From NCBI GenBank assembly GCA_023213395.1, contig CM041465.1, positions 250,115,741 to 250,179,740 of the forward strand: a DNA stretch of 64,000 nucleotides. Reading direction: 5' to 3'. How positions within the stretch are numbered: position 1 is the first letter of the stretch; each line of letters starts with the position of its first letter. Positions 23,712 to 35,405 of the stretch are shown piece by piece. Under the pieces are notes generated by a model. The model had not been told where the DNA came from and made no database searches. It saw only the letters and a program-made list of their open reading frames with translations. The DNA comes from Cycas panzhihuaensis. Its lineage: Eukaryota > Plantae > Cycadophyta. The translations under genes and the position numbers were made by a program.

Positions 23712-25825
23712 GTTTTGAATAGATTTTAAACATAAAGCAAGTATTTTCTAATTATTTGCAACAGCTACAAACATGGTGCAGGCTATGCACACAAGAAGTA
23801 CCCTCCATAACATGAATGATCTGTTCTCCAACCACCTTGGAGACAGTGCTGCTTACTTGATCAAGGGAACTTGTAGGGTGCATAGACTACACCTAAAATC
23901 ATGCACAAAGAGCATCATAAACGAAGCAGTTAACTGTTATCAAGTGTCAAGTGAATCAAATTGCCAAGAATTAACTAATGTCCAAAAGCATTCATTCGTT
24001 ATGATTTAGAATACTTCAGGTTGTTGCCAAACCAAATAAACACCTCCAAAGACCACCACTTGTGACAGCAGCAGAGTGTCAAAAGAAATAATTATGTGGA
24101 TGTTCATCATATCAAAAGCGAATGAATTGTATCCATCCTATCCATGCATCTAAATGAAAGAAAGAAGTAATGTATAGGGAGAAGATGAAGCATGGCAGTC
24201 AGGGGAATGGACCTCCAATCTAAATAACGGTTTGCATGAAGTGTTCAACATTTATTGAATATTATTTTACCATGATCCAACTTCTTCACAGGACATTTGA
24301 GAAAGTGGATGCATTGAATCCTTTCTCTGGGCAATCATCTATGGTGATGGTGCATTAGGTTAGCAGGCAAGACTTTCTGTGTGAGAGTGAGAATAGCACA
24401 TGTAGTAGATAAGAGATGCAGCAATGCTTATATGATTGTGAGCATCTAGACCATCATTTCCAAGTTTGTAGTAACCCCAAAAGTTAGTGGCCTCGATGGT
24501 TCCAACCAATTGCTACATTTCGTCGTGTACCTAATACAGGGACTATAAAGGAGACAGCATAATAGATACAGTATCATAGCACTCTAGATTTCTGGGGAAT
24601 TGACAACTAGTGTCCCAAATGATTACAATGAGAAATAAACACATTGAGATGAGCAATGAACCTATGTACACCATTCAGGAAATAGATGCATCATGGCAAG
24701 CCTCGGGTACACTGCTGCTTTTAAATATTTTGGCAGAGGTTGTACCAGCTGTACCTGATCTCTTCCTTCATTGGTTTTCCTGACTATCTCATTTCTTATT
24801 TAGCCCTGCTTCTTGTTACCAACAGTCGCCGGGTAACCAATATCTGAGCACCAGAGATCTCTATGGGCTGAGGATGTTAAATGTTGTTTTACCTCAATCT
24901 AACTATAGTAAAAGCTATTGAAAAAGTTCATACAATCTATGGGCACCTTGGTTTTGGTTAGAGAGAGTTGTTCCATATGGGAGTCAATACTTTATAACAT
25001 AGATAGCAGATGTAATGGTGCTTGTGTGTTCATAACAATCATTCCAAAGTTTGTTACAGGCTCCAAGAACTACCATCAGACCAATGCTCTCTGCATTTTG
25101 TATGTGTGAAAAATATCTACTAGCTATATCTAATATTGATGCTAAACAACTCTCACCTGGATAACATTGTAGATTATCAAGCACTACATGACTAGTGCCC
25201 AAAGATTGCTAGAGTAGTTCCCAAGAATTTGATACATAGTGATAAGCCTATGGCACACTATCTGGGAAATAGATATATCACCATGATCCTTTGGTACAAT
25301 AGTACCCAGAAGATGAATACAGCCTCCCCCACATGATGGATTCAAGATTCCCGATGTTCAAGAAGGTTACAAGATGCCTGAGGTTTTGCTACCAGCAAAT
25401 ACATCTTGAATAAGTCTTCGACACATCTTCCCCAGGGGGGGAATAATGACTCATTGTGAATATATTAGCTCCTATTAGCATAGAAAAGCAATGGTGCTTC
25501 TTGTGCACCCGTGAATCTGTACCAGGATACCATTGTGAATGTAGTCTCCAAAACAAGGTGCATTTCACTCTTTCCAGTATCTCCTAAAGCCTATCTGACA
25601 AGTGAGATGATTCATCAGTTCAAGACTTGCTTGATTTTATGTGTATCAGGAAAAAATGATGAGTATTATGCTGAAAACATTGCTTCCTTTTGTCCTTTCT
25701 TCAAATGTTTATTAGTGTGATTTTCTTATGTTTGCTCAAATGCTTGTTTTATCTTGGGAATGATTATCAATAAGGAACATATACCATCAACTGAGAGATC
25801 TACATTGTAATCTGCTTTCAAACAG

Positions 25826-25930
25826 GTTGTCCAAGCTGTGCAAGGCAGAGTCCCTGTACTTTTTGATGGGGGCATCCGCCGTGGTACAGACATTTTCAAA
25901 GCACTGGCTCTCGGTGCACAAGCAGTTCTG
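25826..25930 (+). CDS. HAOX: HAOX/GOX exon with the FMN-binding DGGIRRGTD motif
   Basis: AG/GT bounded; [35 protein letters not shown]. Confidence 0.96.
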
Positions 25931-26150
25931 GTCTGTCATCTCATATTTTAACCATTTTGAGATTCGTCAAGTTCCATTGCATTGCATGCTCTTTTACATG
26001 TAAATCCACACAATTTTTTATATATGCATATAAGACAACACAAGTTCTCATATACATGAATACATATAAAGAGGCTTGCCAAGCCAGTTCATGACTTTTT
26101 AGAAACTGCATACCTTTCTCACGTTCTGTAATGTTATTATTCTATTGCAG

Positions 26151-26330
26151 ATTGGAAGGCCTGTAATCTTTGGCTTAGCTGTAAAAGGAGAATTGGGTAT
26201 CAAAAAAGTGCTACAGATGCTTTTTGAAGAGTTTGAACTAACAATGTCACTTGCTGGTTGTCAAACTGTCAAGGATATATCTAGATCTCATGTTCAAACT
26301 GAGCGAGATAGAATAAGGTCAATGCTGTGA
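26151..26330 (+). CDS. HAOX: HAOX/GOX last coding exon with PTS1-type SML
   Basis: [14 protein letters not shown]...[11 protein letters not shown]...[15 protein letters not shown]; phases are consistent across all five exons. Confidence 0.95.
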   Translation: MGRPVIFGLAVKGELGIKKVLQMLFEEFELTMSLAGCQTVKDISRSHVQTERDRIRSML

Positions 26331-28203
26331 TAAAATTTCAAATTTTATCTCAACCATATCATGCAGAATTGGCCTCAAGGGAAGAGTTTATATTTTCAGT
26401 ACTTGTAATTCTTTCAGTCTCACTCATTTTTAATGTGTTCATTTTAGTATTTGGTGTGGATGCCTTTGAATGGATCAAAAGGACAATCATATCAAATTAC
26501 GTGTCTTGAAGATGATTCCTTGACATTAAAATCTCATAAAATTCTCTCATATAAGTGCCTATTGCGGTTGTAGCTGGGCGTAAGATGCATGTACCTTCCT
26601 TTCACCCACCGTTCCAACTATATGATTGTCAAAACCCAAGGAAAATGGGGTTGCTTTTATAAGATGTTTAATATACCATGAATGGCTTTACTTAATGCTA
26701 GAATCAGGAATTTTCAAGCTTGCCGCAAACTAATTTATTGGTCTCAAATATTTTCGTATAACTTTCTCTTAAACTAGTATCCAAGTACAAAATCATTTTA
26801 GAATTAATTTGCTCATCAATTGATTTATTGTCTATATGAAGTTATTGAATACTAGCTTCAGGATCAGAAATTCCATAAGCTAACTCATATTTTTCATTTT
26901 CCTTATTAGTATACTGTTAGAGTATAATGTTTAATCTGTGTAAAGTGTGTCCTAGGATTAATAGTCTTAGTCCTAAGTCTTAGAGTCAGAGAGTCATTAT
27001 AATATTGTGTGAGAAGATAGAAGCTTATTGGTCAAGTTAGTTGGTGTAATGTCATTGGTTAGGACAAAGGTATTTGTCCCACATGCATCACTTGTCTTGT
27101 ATGTCCTCCCACCTCCTTTGTATATAAAGGTGGTTGAGGTAGTATATGTCAATACATCATTAAGGCTCATGTTGAGTCTTTGGTGCTTTGGTATGTTTTC
27201 TGATTATGTTGAGTTACTCCTTGCTCCTTGATATTGTTATTGTGGATGATGAATGTTTTCCATGTTAAACTCTAACATGGTATCAGAGCAGGTTGCATGC
27301 TAAGGTTGTTATTACGCAGGTTCGCCACCATATCTATGATAAGGAAAGGTAACTCCGTTAGATTGATTGCTAGATTGAAATTCCAGGTTATCCTACTGTA
27401 AGATGAAGATTGAGAAGCTCAGTGAAGGATAAAGCATTCAAGCAAAGAGGTGGTTTCATCAAGCCATTACTAGATTAAGATCGAATTGAAGAGAAGTTCA
27501 AGGCTTTACTAATTCAAAGTGAGCCACTGTTGGTGTGAGAAAGAATTTCACCAGGTAATATCACTCCCTTGTTGCATTATATATATTAGGGTTTATCCTA
27601 AAAGTCAAGGCCAACATGTATGGAGAAATAATGACTTTTGAAGTTATATGAGGGATTGATATTTGGAGGATATTCATTGGATTTGTACTCTGGCTATTGT
27701 TGCATGTCTATAGAAATATGATTGCCAATATTTATTAGTTGCTAGCATTAGTTTAAGGTTTGGTAAAATCTTAACTTTGGCAATGTTATAAGTGTTGAGA
27801 CAAAGAAGGTGTTGGTTCTGTGTGAAAGATTTATGGTCATTTTTGACTTTGAATGTCCACTAGTGGACAACGTACCCTACGCAATAATTCTGCTTTGTCA
27901 GATTAAGCTGAAGATAGCCGCCAATGTATTAGCCCTATCTCGAAGAAAGACCTGAATACACAGTTGCCAGAGTCATTCTGGGTGCCACCAGTGAAGAAAT
28001 AAACCACAGTACAGTCCTTGATGTGCAAACGCTGGGGTGTTAACCTTCTGCAATCCGGCTCCACCTCCTGTCTGTGATCCACACTTTTCTTCACAGCCTC
28101 TACAAAAACGTGAAGACAACGATCGTGTCGGTGGATTTAGACTTTCTCCTGAGAATTGCATGCTTTTGACATTAGATCTGAGTGGAAGGAGAGGCTATAG
28201 GTG

Positions 28204-28339
28204 ACTTCCTGCTCTAAGGGATGTTGTTCTCAATAGCAAACTCCTTGTGAGCAGTCATGCTGCTGGGACATAATTACTAACTCTTGCACGTCTTATCACT
28301 TTATTCAAGTCTTTGAACTTCATGACTGATTGTACCTGG
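28204..28339 (-). pseudogene. ALDH2: Captured fragment of a host family-2 aldehyde dehydrogenase, antisense to element A2
   Basis: VQSVMKFKDLNKVIRRARVSNYVPAA*LLTRSL...LRAGS resembles ALDH2 PVQSILKFKDL.EVIRRAN.S.YGLAAGVFT..L.....RALRAGT. Confidence 0.78.
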
Positions 28340-29187
28340 AGTTGTGCTTGCTTGGTAGCTTGCCCTCAAGTTGCATCCACAGAATTACAAGACTTGGCCA
28401 TAGCATTTCTCATAAATATTTGTGCGGGTTGTGCTCGGCATTCTAGGAATCAAGAATGATTCAAACATAAGGAGGGGCTTTGTTCTTCCATAGTCTCAGT
28501 CTAATGGTGCTAGAATACTCACAGAGAGACAGGGAATGTAGATGAGCACCTGCAAGAGGTCTGGGATGCATGGACAGAATGGAAGATAGCTTGGAGGCGA
28601 TTACCCTTTTGTCTGGTTTTATCCAGCAGTAATAAGATATTTGGCCTATTTGTACTAGGTGCAGCATTGAATGTCCAGATCTGTTATGTGATTCCAAAGG
28701 CGCCTGCCTTGTGGTTGTTTTGACCTAGGCAATATTCCCCACAACGTGGTCCCTCCAGTTTTGGAGGCTCTCAGATAGAGCACTAGCATTGACCATTGCA
28801 TATGTGGTTTGAGATGTTGGTCCAAGCAGACAGTTTGGGATGGTTGTTACCATATGCATGCTTTGCAGTTTGGTGATCACTAGTCTTGCAGCCTTTGGGA
28901 AACTTTAAGGTTCCAATGCTTGTGGCCTCATGGCATTATGGTGTGCTGATTTGTGAGCTTTGAGCTGCTTTGGGTAGTTATGAGGACCCAAGCCTAAAAG
29001 CTTAGGATTGAAGTTGTTGCATTTGTGCTTATGATGTATTGATCTTGCAGCCTCTGGAGTATGGTATATGGCATATGTGCTTTGTAATATGATTTAGGGT
29101 AGCTGGAATCAGGAGTTTGAAACTTGAGACAGGAAGAGTGGGTCTTGGCTGAGATCATGCTCTTGTGTTTTTTTCTGTAATGCTGAT

Positions 29188-29370
29188 ATCTATTATCTTG
29201 AATGGTTTTCTATCATTACCTCTTGCTACAGTTGCATCAAATGTGGTAGTCTCAGGCCCATGTGGAGTCACGCAGTTGTGGAAACTTGCGCCTCCTGAGG
29301 GGTCACCACCCTGATCAAATAAAACTTTATTGAAAGGACATAATTTCTTCAGATCATACTTGAAGGGCAT
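29188..29370 (-). pseudogene. HGO: Captured, internally deleted fragment of host homogentisate 1,2-dioxygenase, antisense to element A2
   Basis: PFKYDLKKLCPFNKVLFDQGGDPS is joined directly to GGASFHNCVTPHGPETTTFDATVARGND..PFKI, two HGO blocks that are normally tens of residues apart. Confidence 0.9.
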
Positions 29371-29823
29371 TGAAGTGTATGAGGCTGTCATCGAATCCTT
29401 AAGCTCTTTTTGAACTGCTCAAGACACGAGTTTAAGGCGTGAATCATAATCAAGACATCATTACTATAAGTGTATTGACTACAATGAATTCTGTTTTGAA
29501 GGCAGGTCATTGGCAGAGTTGATCCTAAAGTGAGTTGGTGTCGGTCCTCTCATTGATCTGGTTGTGGAGGTAGCTGACACTCTTGATATCATCGCTGAAA
29601 TAAGATATCAGGCTTACAGTCTATGATTCTCATGTACAGCCAGTAGGATGTGATGGCAGATCTAGAGTTCCAAAAAAGGTGCTCTTATGTATCGAGGTAT
29701 TTTTTGCAATAATGGATGTATGAACTTGATTGACACATATAGAAAATTTCTTCCCCGAAAACACCAAGATTGGTCTATTTTCATTTTTTAAGGCTGAAGT
29801 GGGTATTCTTTAATTCATACGAC

Positions 29824-31400
29824 ATGGAGTTGAGTGACGTCATAGTTTTTGTGACGGAAAAAAATGAATACTGGTTGACAGATCTTCCTTTTCCTTTGCC
29901 CAAATATATTGGAACTAATTTTTTTTTTTGGAAAATTAAGGAGAGCATATTCATACTAAAGAAACTTTGGAAGACAATTATTGGTATTGAAAAGGCTCAC
30001 GAAGAAGGGGAGGAAGCTTTTAGAAAGAAAAATAGAATAGCCATTGACATAATGCTTGCAACTTTTGATAAGGGCCATCTTCCTTCTCCTTATCACTTCC
30101 TTGTCCGATCTCTTTAAAACACCAACTCAGCTGAAGACGCTTGGAAACTGCTGACAGAAGTACATGAAAAAGGACCTGAAGAAGTGCAAAGGTGTATCAA
30201 AAGGGCAAAGAACCAAAGGAGGAAGATGAAAAGGAAAGTCAAAAAATAACTTGATTCTGGTAAGGAAAATTCTCTCGTAGATAAACAAGAGGCTGATAAT
30301 TTCTGCCCAAAATCTGATGAAAATTTGAGTGCACCAAATGACCTGAGTCTCACCAAGATGACAGGAGACTTCACACCTGGGATTGCTGAAGTTGAAGAAT
30401 CTGAACCACAATCTTTGCAGATAATTCTTCACGAAAACACGTGCATACTGACAGAAGGTATGGGCAACATTGTCCTAGTTTGTGTTTACAGGTTGGTAGC
30501 CAGAATTCAAATGATGACATGATATACAGTGATATGCATATATTGTAGACTATCCATGATTACTTTCAATTCAGTTGCATCCTGTATTCTCATCTTTGAA
30601 AGAATCAAAATTATGACAACATATCCTACAACAACACTAGAAAGTTGTTTTAAAGAAAGAAGGGACATAGGCAGGATATTATATGATCAAAATCTTGTTT
30701 GTCAAGATCATATTACATTTTGGGTAGGTTACTTAATCATAAAGGTCAATCATATTGAAATAATGTTCCATCTCTGTATAACCATAATCAGGAAGCATGT
30801 ACATGTAGGCATCATGAAAATACTCATTATACTTTATTCAAGGAATCTCGAGTGATATGGAGAAAATAGGGTATCTTGCACAGCCTACAGGTAACAATGA
30901 TGAAGCAATTAGAACTCATCTCAATGAATTCATTGCTTCTGGGGAGGATGATATTATCTCACCACTTGATGACTTATCATTATATTTGGTTAAATGATGA
31001 TATTGTCAACTTATCTCTAATTGATAACATTTATCACTCATATGCTAAAGAAAGCAGAAGCAAACAGATGGTGATCAGAATTCTGATAGAAGACAAGACA
31101 TATTTGATGTACACCTTGAATATGCTTTTAATGAGTACATGCAAGGTCAACTGACAAGTCTATACCAAGTTCAAGTTGAACTAGCCATGATTCACTACTC
31201 ATTTTGCATGAGAAAGGATTCCAAATTGTATATAAAGATAAATGAGGCAAAGCTCGAAGACCATCAGTCTAAATGACTACTTCAAAGACGACACCGCAAG
31301 AATGAAGACAAAAATCAAGGCGAAAACATTGTGTTCAAGACCATTCCAAGATCAAGACGCTGTAAATTCAAAGCAAAGTACATGTTGAGTCCATTGAAGG
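29824..31400 (+). pseudogene. gag-pol relic of element A2, homologous to 4703-6385
   Basis: gag-like FWKIKESIFILKKLWKTIIG; YCRLSMITFNSVASCILIFERIKIM.YPT..LESCFKERRDI..DQ.L.CQD...WVGYL aligns with the A1 ORF; shared C-terminus VFKT.PR.R.CKFK. Confidence 0.7.
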
Positions 31401-32399
31401 TCATTTGTCAAGTGTCATGTTAGTCCTTAGTATTTAGTCATTTTTGTAGTCTTGACATTAAACATTAAGGGGAGGTGTTAGAGTATAATATTTAATGTGT
31501 GTCCTAGGATTAATAGTCTTAGTCCTAAGTCTTAGAGTCAAAGAGTCATTATAATATTATGTGAGAAGATAAAAGCTTATTGGTCAAGTTAATTGGTATA
31601 ATGTCATTGGTTACGACAAAGGTATTTGTCCCACATGCATTACTTGTCTTATATGTCCTCCCACCTCCTTTGTATATAAAGGTGGTTGAGGTAGTATATG
31701 TCAATACATCATTAAGGCTCATGTTGAGTCTTTGGTGCTTTGGTATGTTTTCTGATTATGTTGAGTTACTCCTTGCTCCTTGATATTGTTATTGTGGCTG
31801 ATGAATGTTTTCCATGTTAAACTCTAACACATACTTCACAGTAGTTTTGTGAAGATTATCAACCTCTTTAGGAAAATCATCATTAATAGTAGTTCTTGTA
31901 TCAGCATGAGTTGTTTAAACTGAGGGGACCCATTACAATGCTCCACTGTCTAAAGGTGGGGTTTGCGCATGACTGATCATATGCAGCCTATGTTTTGGTC
32001 GGTTTCACCTGCCTACTTTCAATGATACTCACAAGGTCCATGAAACTCTCTTCTTATAAGACCTACCCATTATCAATGTTGCATACTGGTTATTAGCATT
32101 CACAACTCATCAGCATGTGGTGAAGTGAAAGACCATATCACATCATTACAAAGCATATGATAGGATTCCACAACCATTATTGTATCGATGAAAAAAATAT
32201 TACAATATTACATGAGATTCATCTCTCACACTAGACAAGTGAGTGTTTACCTTTTAAACATAATCAAGAGTCACTTTACATTTGTGTCACCCTTCATACA
32301 TACCCTTACAATATGACCATTACAAGATATTATAATGCATAATGACATACCAACTAATCTCTTTAGTAATCCATAGCACTAGCATGCAGTTGTACGCTT

Positions 32400-35300
32400 C
32401 ACTCCATTATGCTGGCTCTAACCTAGAGGTTGGCCTACCTTCAATATTATGGCTGAACTAACACCTCATAGGTTGACTAATTGCATGCCTTGCTGCCATA
32501 GTTGATTTGTTTCTTGGTATCTACTCAGTTGGAGTGCAGTGCTAAAACTTGGGCATATATCTACTCTAGGGTGACATTGGTGACTTTCCTCGCTTACTGT
32601 GCTTTTCAAAATTTCCAAAATTTGATGTTGCCCTCCCTCCCCCAAAGTTTTTTGCAAATTTCTAATCATTTCCTGAAGTTTGAATATTTGAACTTGATTT
32701 TCTACTAGTTTGGTTTGTAGGCTTATGATTTTTCCTTTGGCCTCTACTAAATCCTTCTCATGCTCATTGAATGCACAATGTAATTCCTTCTAGCTTCCTC
32801 AGTGTTAGTAATGATCCAATCTTTGCTCATCAATTTGGTTTCCAGACTTTCAAGAATTTATTCTTTCTTCACTATCTCCTCATATAGGCTACGGTTATTC
32901 TTTTGTAATTCTTGCATAACTCGAACTTGCTTCTCCTACTGTCTTGCCCACTTCTTCATCTATTGGAGGGCATCGTAGTAGTTCCTCTCCCATTATTGGG
33001 TTTATATCGTCCATGTGCCAAGCTTAATAATTATTCATCATAGGTCTTCTAGGATTGGCAATGTATGGTGCTATTTGAAACTTTGAAGTCCCTCCATTTC
33101 ATCGTCTATTTTGTTTACCCTATACTTTTTGTCTTTCTTCCTTGATTTGAGTGAACAAATTTTGCTTGATTGCCAATAGCTGAGTAGAAGATACAAAAAT
33201 TGCATGTTTAATGTCCAATTATTTTTAAATCAAGCATAAATTTGAACATATGCTCTTGGCTTTGTTTTCTGTGGTCACTTAACCAAAATTGAAAAGTTGA
33301 CTACTTTTACTAGTAGTGTGGGCTGGTGGCTGACTGGGGGCACTATGGCTTCCTTACATTGGGTAGATTCGCTGCTCTGCTTGTCTTTTTGTTTTGGTAG
33401 CTCAGTTTGTTCCATTTGAAACCTTGGCGAAGCTTATGACAACTTCTTGTTGGTGGTGTTCTCTTTTGTGGATCTGGTCATTGTAAGTTTTTCATGCTTT
33501 GGCTTCTCTTCTTCTTCAATGGGTACCATCTCCTCTGGTTTAGTAGGTTGTGTGGCAGTAAGTTCTTCATTTGCAAGGGCTTTCTTTGGCAATTCATCTT
33601 CTTCTATGATGACAATTTTTGTGTGGGACTTGTTTGGTGTTGTAGGCAATGGTGATGAAGAGGCTTTCTTTTTCGATTATCAAATTTCTAGCTTGTATAA
33701 GATCCAATCTCCTACACTATCCAAATTAGAGATCACTTCTTCTTGTTAGGATTTGGGCAGGTGAATTCCCAATCAGAGTTGTGCCTCCCAAATTTGCACT
33801 ACTCTCATCTCTTCTTTCACTACTCCACTATTGCTTTTGTAAGCCAATTGGGCAACTTTGTTTCTATCACAATCCATGAGCTTGGGCACCAAGCCCTTGC
33901 AAGTTTACAATTAGGAATGAGCTAATTAAAAGTTGCAAACATAAAACTTTTTATGGTAGAATTGGTCTACCTTCAAATTTTGTCTTTCATTTAGAATTGC
34001 TCGATGCATATGTACAAGCCAATATACATATTTATCCAAGTTGGATCTATAATGGTCCAACAATGACCTATAATTGTCTTGACACATGTTACATACCTAT
34101 TACAAAATTATATAACTCCTAGGACATTTGTCACCATTTAAATGATGACCCTTTGACTCACCAAAATCCCCAAACATCTATTAGGATTCACAACCTAAGT
34201 TTTGACCTAATAGAGTAAACATTAATTCTAACACTACCTTGTAATGTTTACATCATTGGCTTTGATGCCAATACAAAATCTAAATTTATCAAATTTGTCT
34301 TTAGACAGGGATTTGTGTTAAGGCCCTACTAGGGAACATAGTACTCGTGACAAATGCCTACTTAACTAGGCAAGTACCAAGTTGTCCAAATGAATTTGCT
34401 GAAAGCTGAAGATATGTTTTATGAATTTAGTGGAAACATCTACCCGTATGATATGACAAATTCAAGAGAACAAAGGTACTTATGTATTTGCAAATATGTT
34501 TCTTTTGACCCAAACAGTGCATGTAATCATGCAAATGAGCATAGAATTTGCAACCATCAAATGAAACAATAAGCCAAATGTTTGACTAAAAAAAAGGGAA
34601 GAGCCAACCAAATTACTTCAGACAAATTTATCGCCCAACCTTTGGCAAACCTAAAGAGAAAAGTGCTCCTTGGTTGGAGCACATGATATGAACATTGAAA
34701 TACTGGTGGGTTTCTTTGCGCACAATCCCAACCTATCCCTTCAAATAAAATATGTTCTCTAAATAAAATTAAGAAAGTAGAAGTTGTTGCTATCTCTTGA
34801 TTTTTACTCCAATATCATATGTATGCTCATTCTTTCATACTTCAAACCAAGCTAGGAAAATGCTATATTACGTATGGCTCACTATTGTAACAATCTAAAT
34901 AGACTACCTTACTATGCAACTACGTGTCCCATACTATGCAACCAATCATAAACAAGAGAAGACTCCTCACTCTTATGCACAAAATAACTAGAGCATAGGG
35001 GACTCCTCACTCTTATGCACAAAGAATAATTAGAGGGTACTCTTCACCCTCATGCAAAAAATAACCAAAACATAGGGGACTCCTCACCCTCATGCACAAA
35101 GAATAATCAAACAATAGGGCACTCACTCTACTCTATCTTAATCAACCTACACAACAATATAATTGAGAGAATAGGTGACTTAACTTTATCCCAAGATGTA
35201 GTCATAACACCCATAAAGCAGTCCAAGAAGATTGAGATAGTAAGTCACACATATGCATATGTCATTAACCAAATAAGTCTTTGCATGAGATAGTAGTAAT

Positions 35301-35405
35301 CACCAAAACAAGTGTGGAGGGGACTCTCAAACCTTGTAGGAATATGAGAGCTCACTTAGTCAAAATCCTCTTTATATCAGCAAACACAAAAATGATTGAA
35401 GCATA
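32400..35405 (-). mobile_element. Old degenerate retroelement remnant, boundaries unclear; appears to continue at 45858-~46500
   Basis: Decayed charged ORF pieces on the minus strand; its 40-bp repeat unit resumes after the inserted Copia (45858-45908). Confidence 0.35.
34955..35115. repeat. About 38-40-bp tandem repeat, 4 copies (GGGGACTCCTCAC.CT.ATGCACAAAGAATAA..AGAG)
   Basis: Directly visible repeated gactcctcac...atgcacaaa units. Confidence 0.8.

Larger units (their letters stand above)
26915..31829 (+). mobile_element. Non-autonomous Copia-derived LTR element, family A copy 2
   Basis: LTRs 26915-27277 and 31476-31829 (TG..CA, about 97% identical), homologous to the A1 LTRs; PBS tggtatcagagc 27278-27289; PPT aaggggagg before 31476; TSD TATAC/CATAC. 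Confidence 0.93.

Noticed and set aside
24560-25450. Possible decayed retroelement fragment in a HAOX intron (G-run near 25434)
   Set aside because: No LTR pair, TSD or convincing protein motif
27028-27231. Duplicated 67-aa ORF (also 31580-31783); likewise 37996-38301 and 44788-45000
   Set aside because: These lie wholly inside LTRs, so duplication reflects LTR identity rather than genes
26915-27277. Possible retrozyme (hammerhead ribozyme in a short LTR)
   Set aside because: No CTGANGA...GAAA hammerhead core with flanking stems was seen in the element-sense LTR sequence
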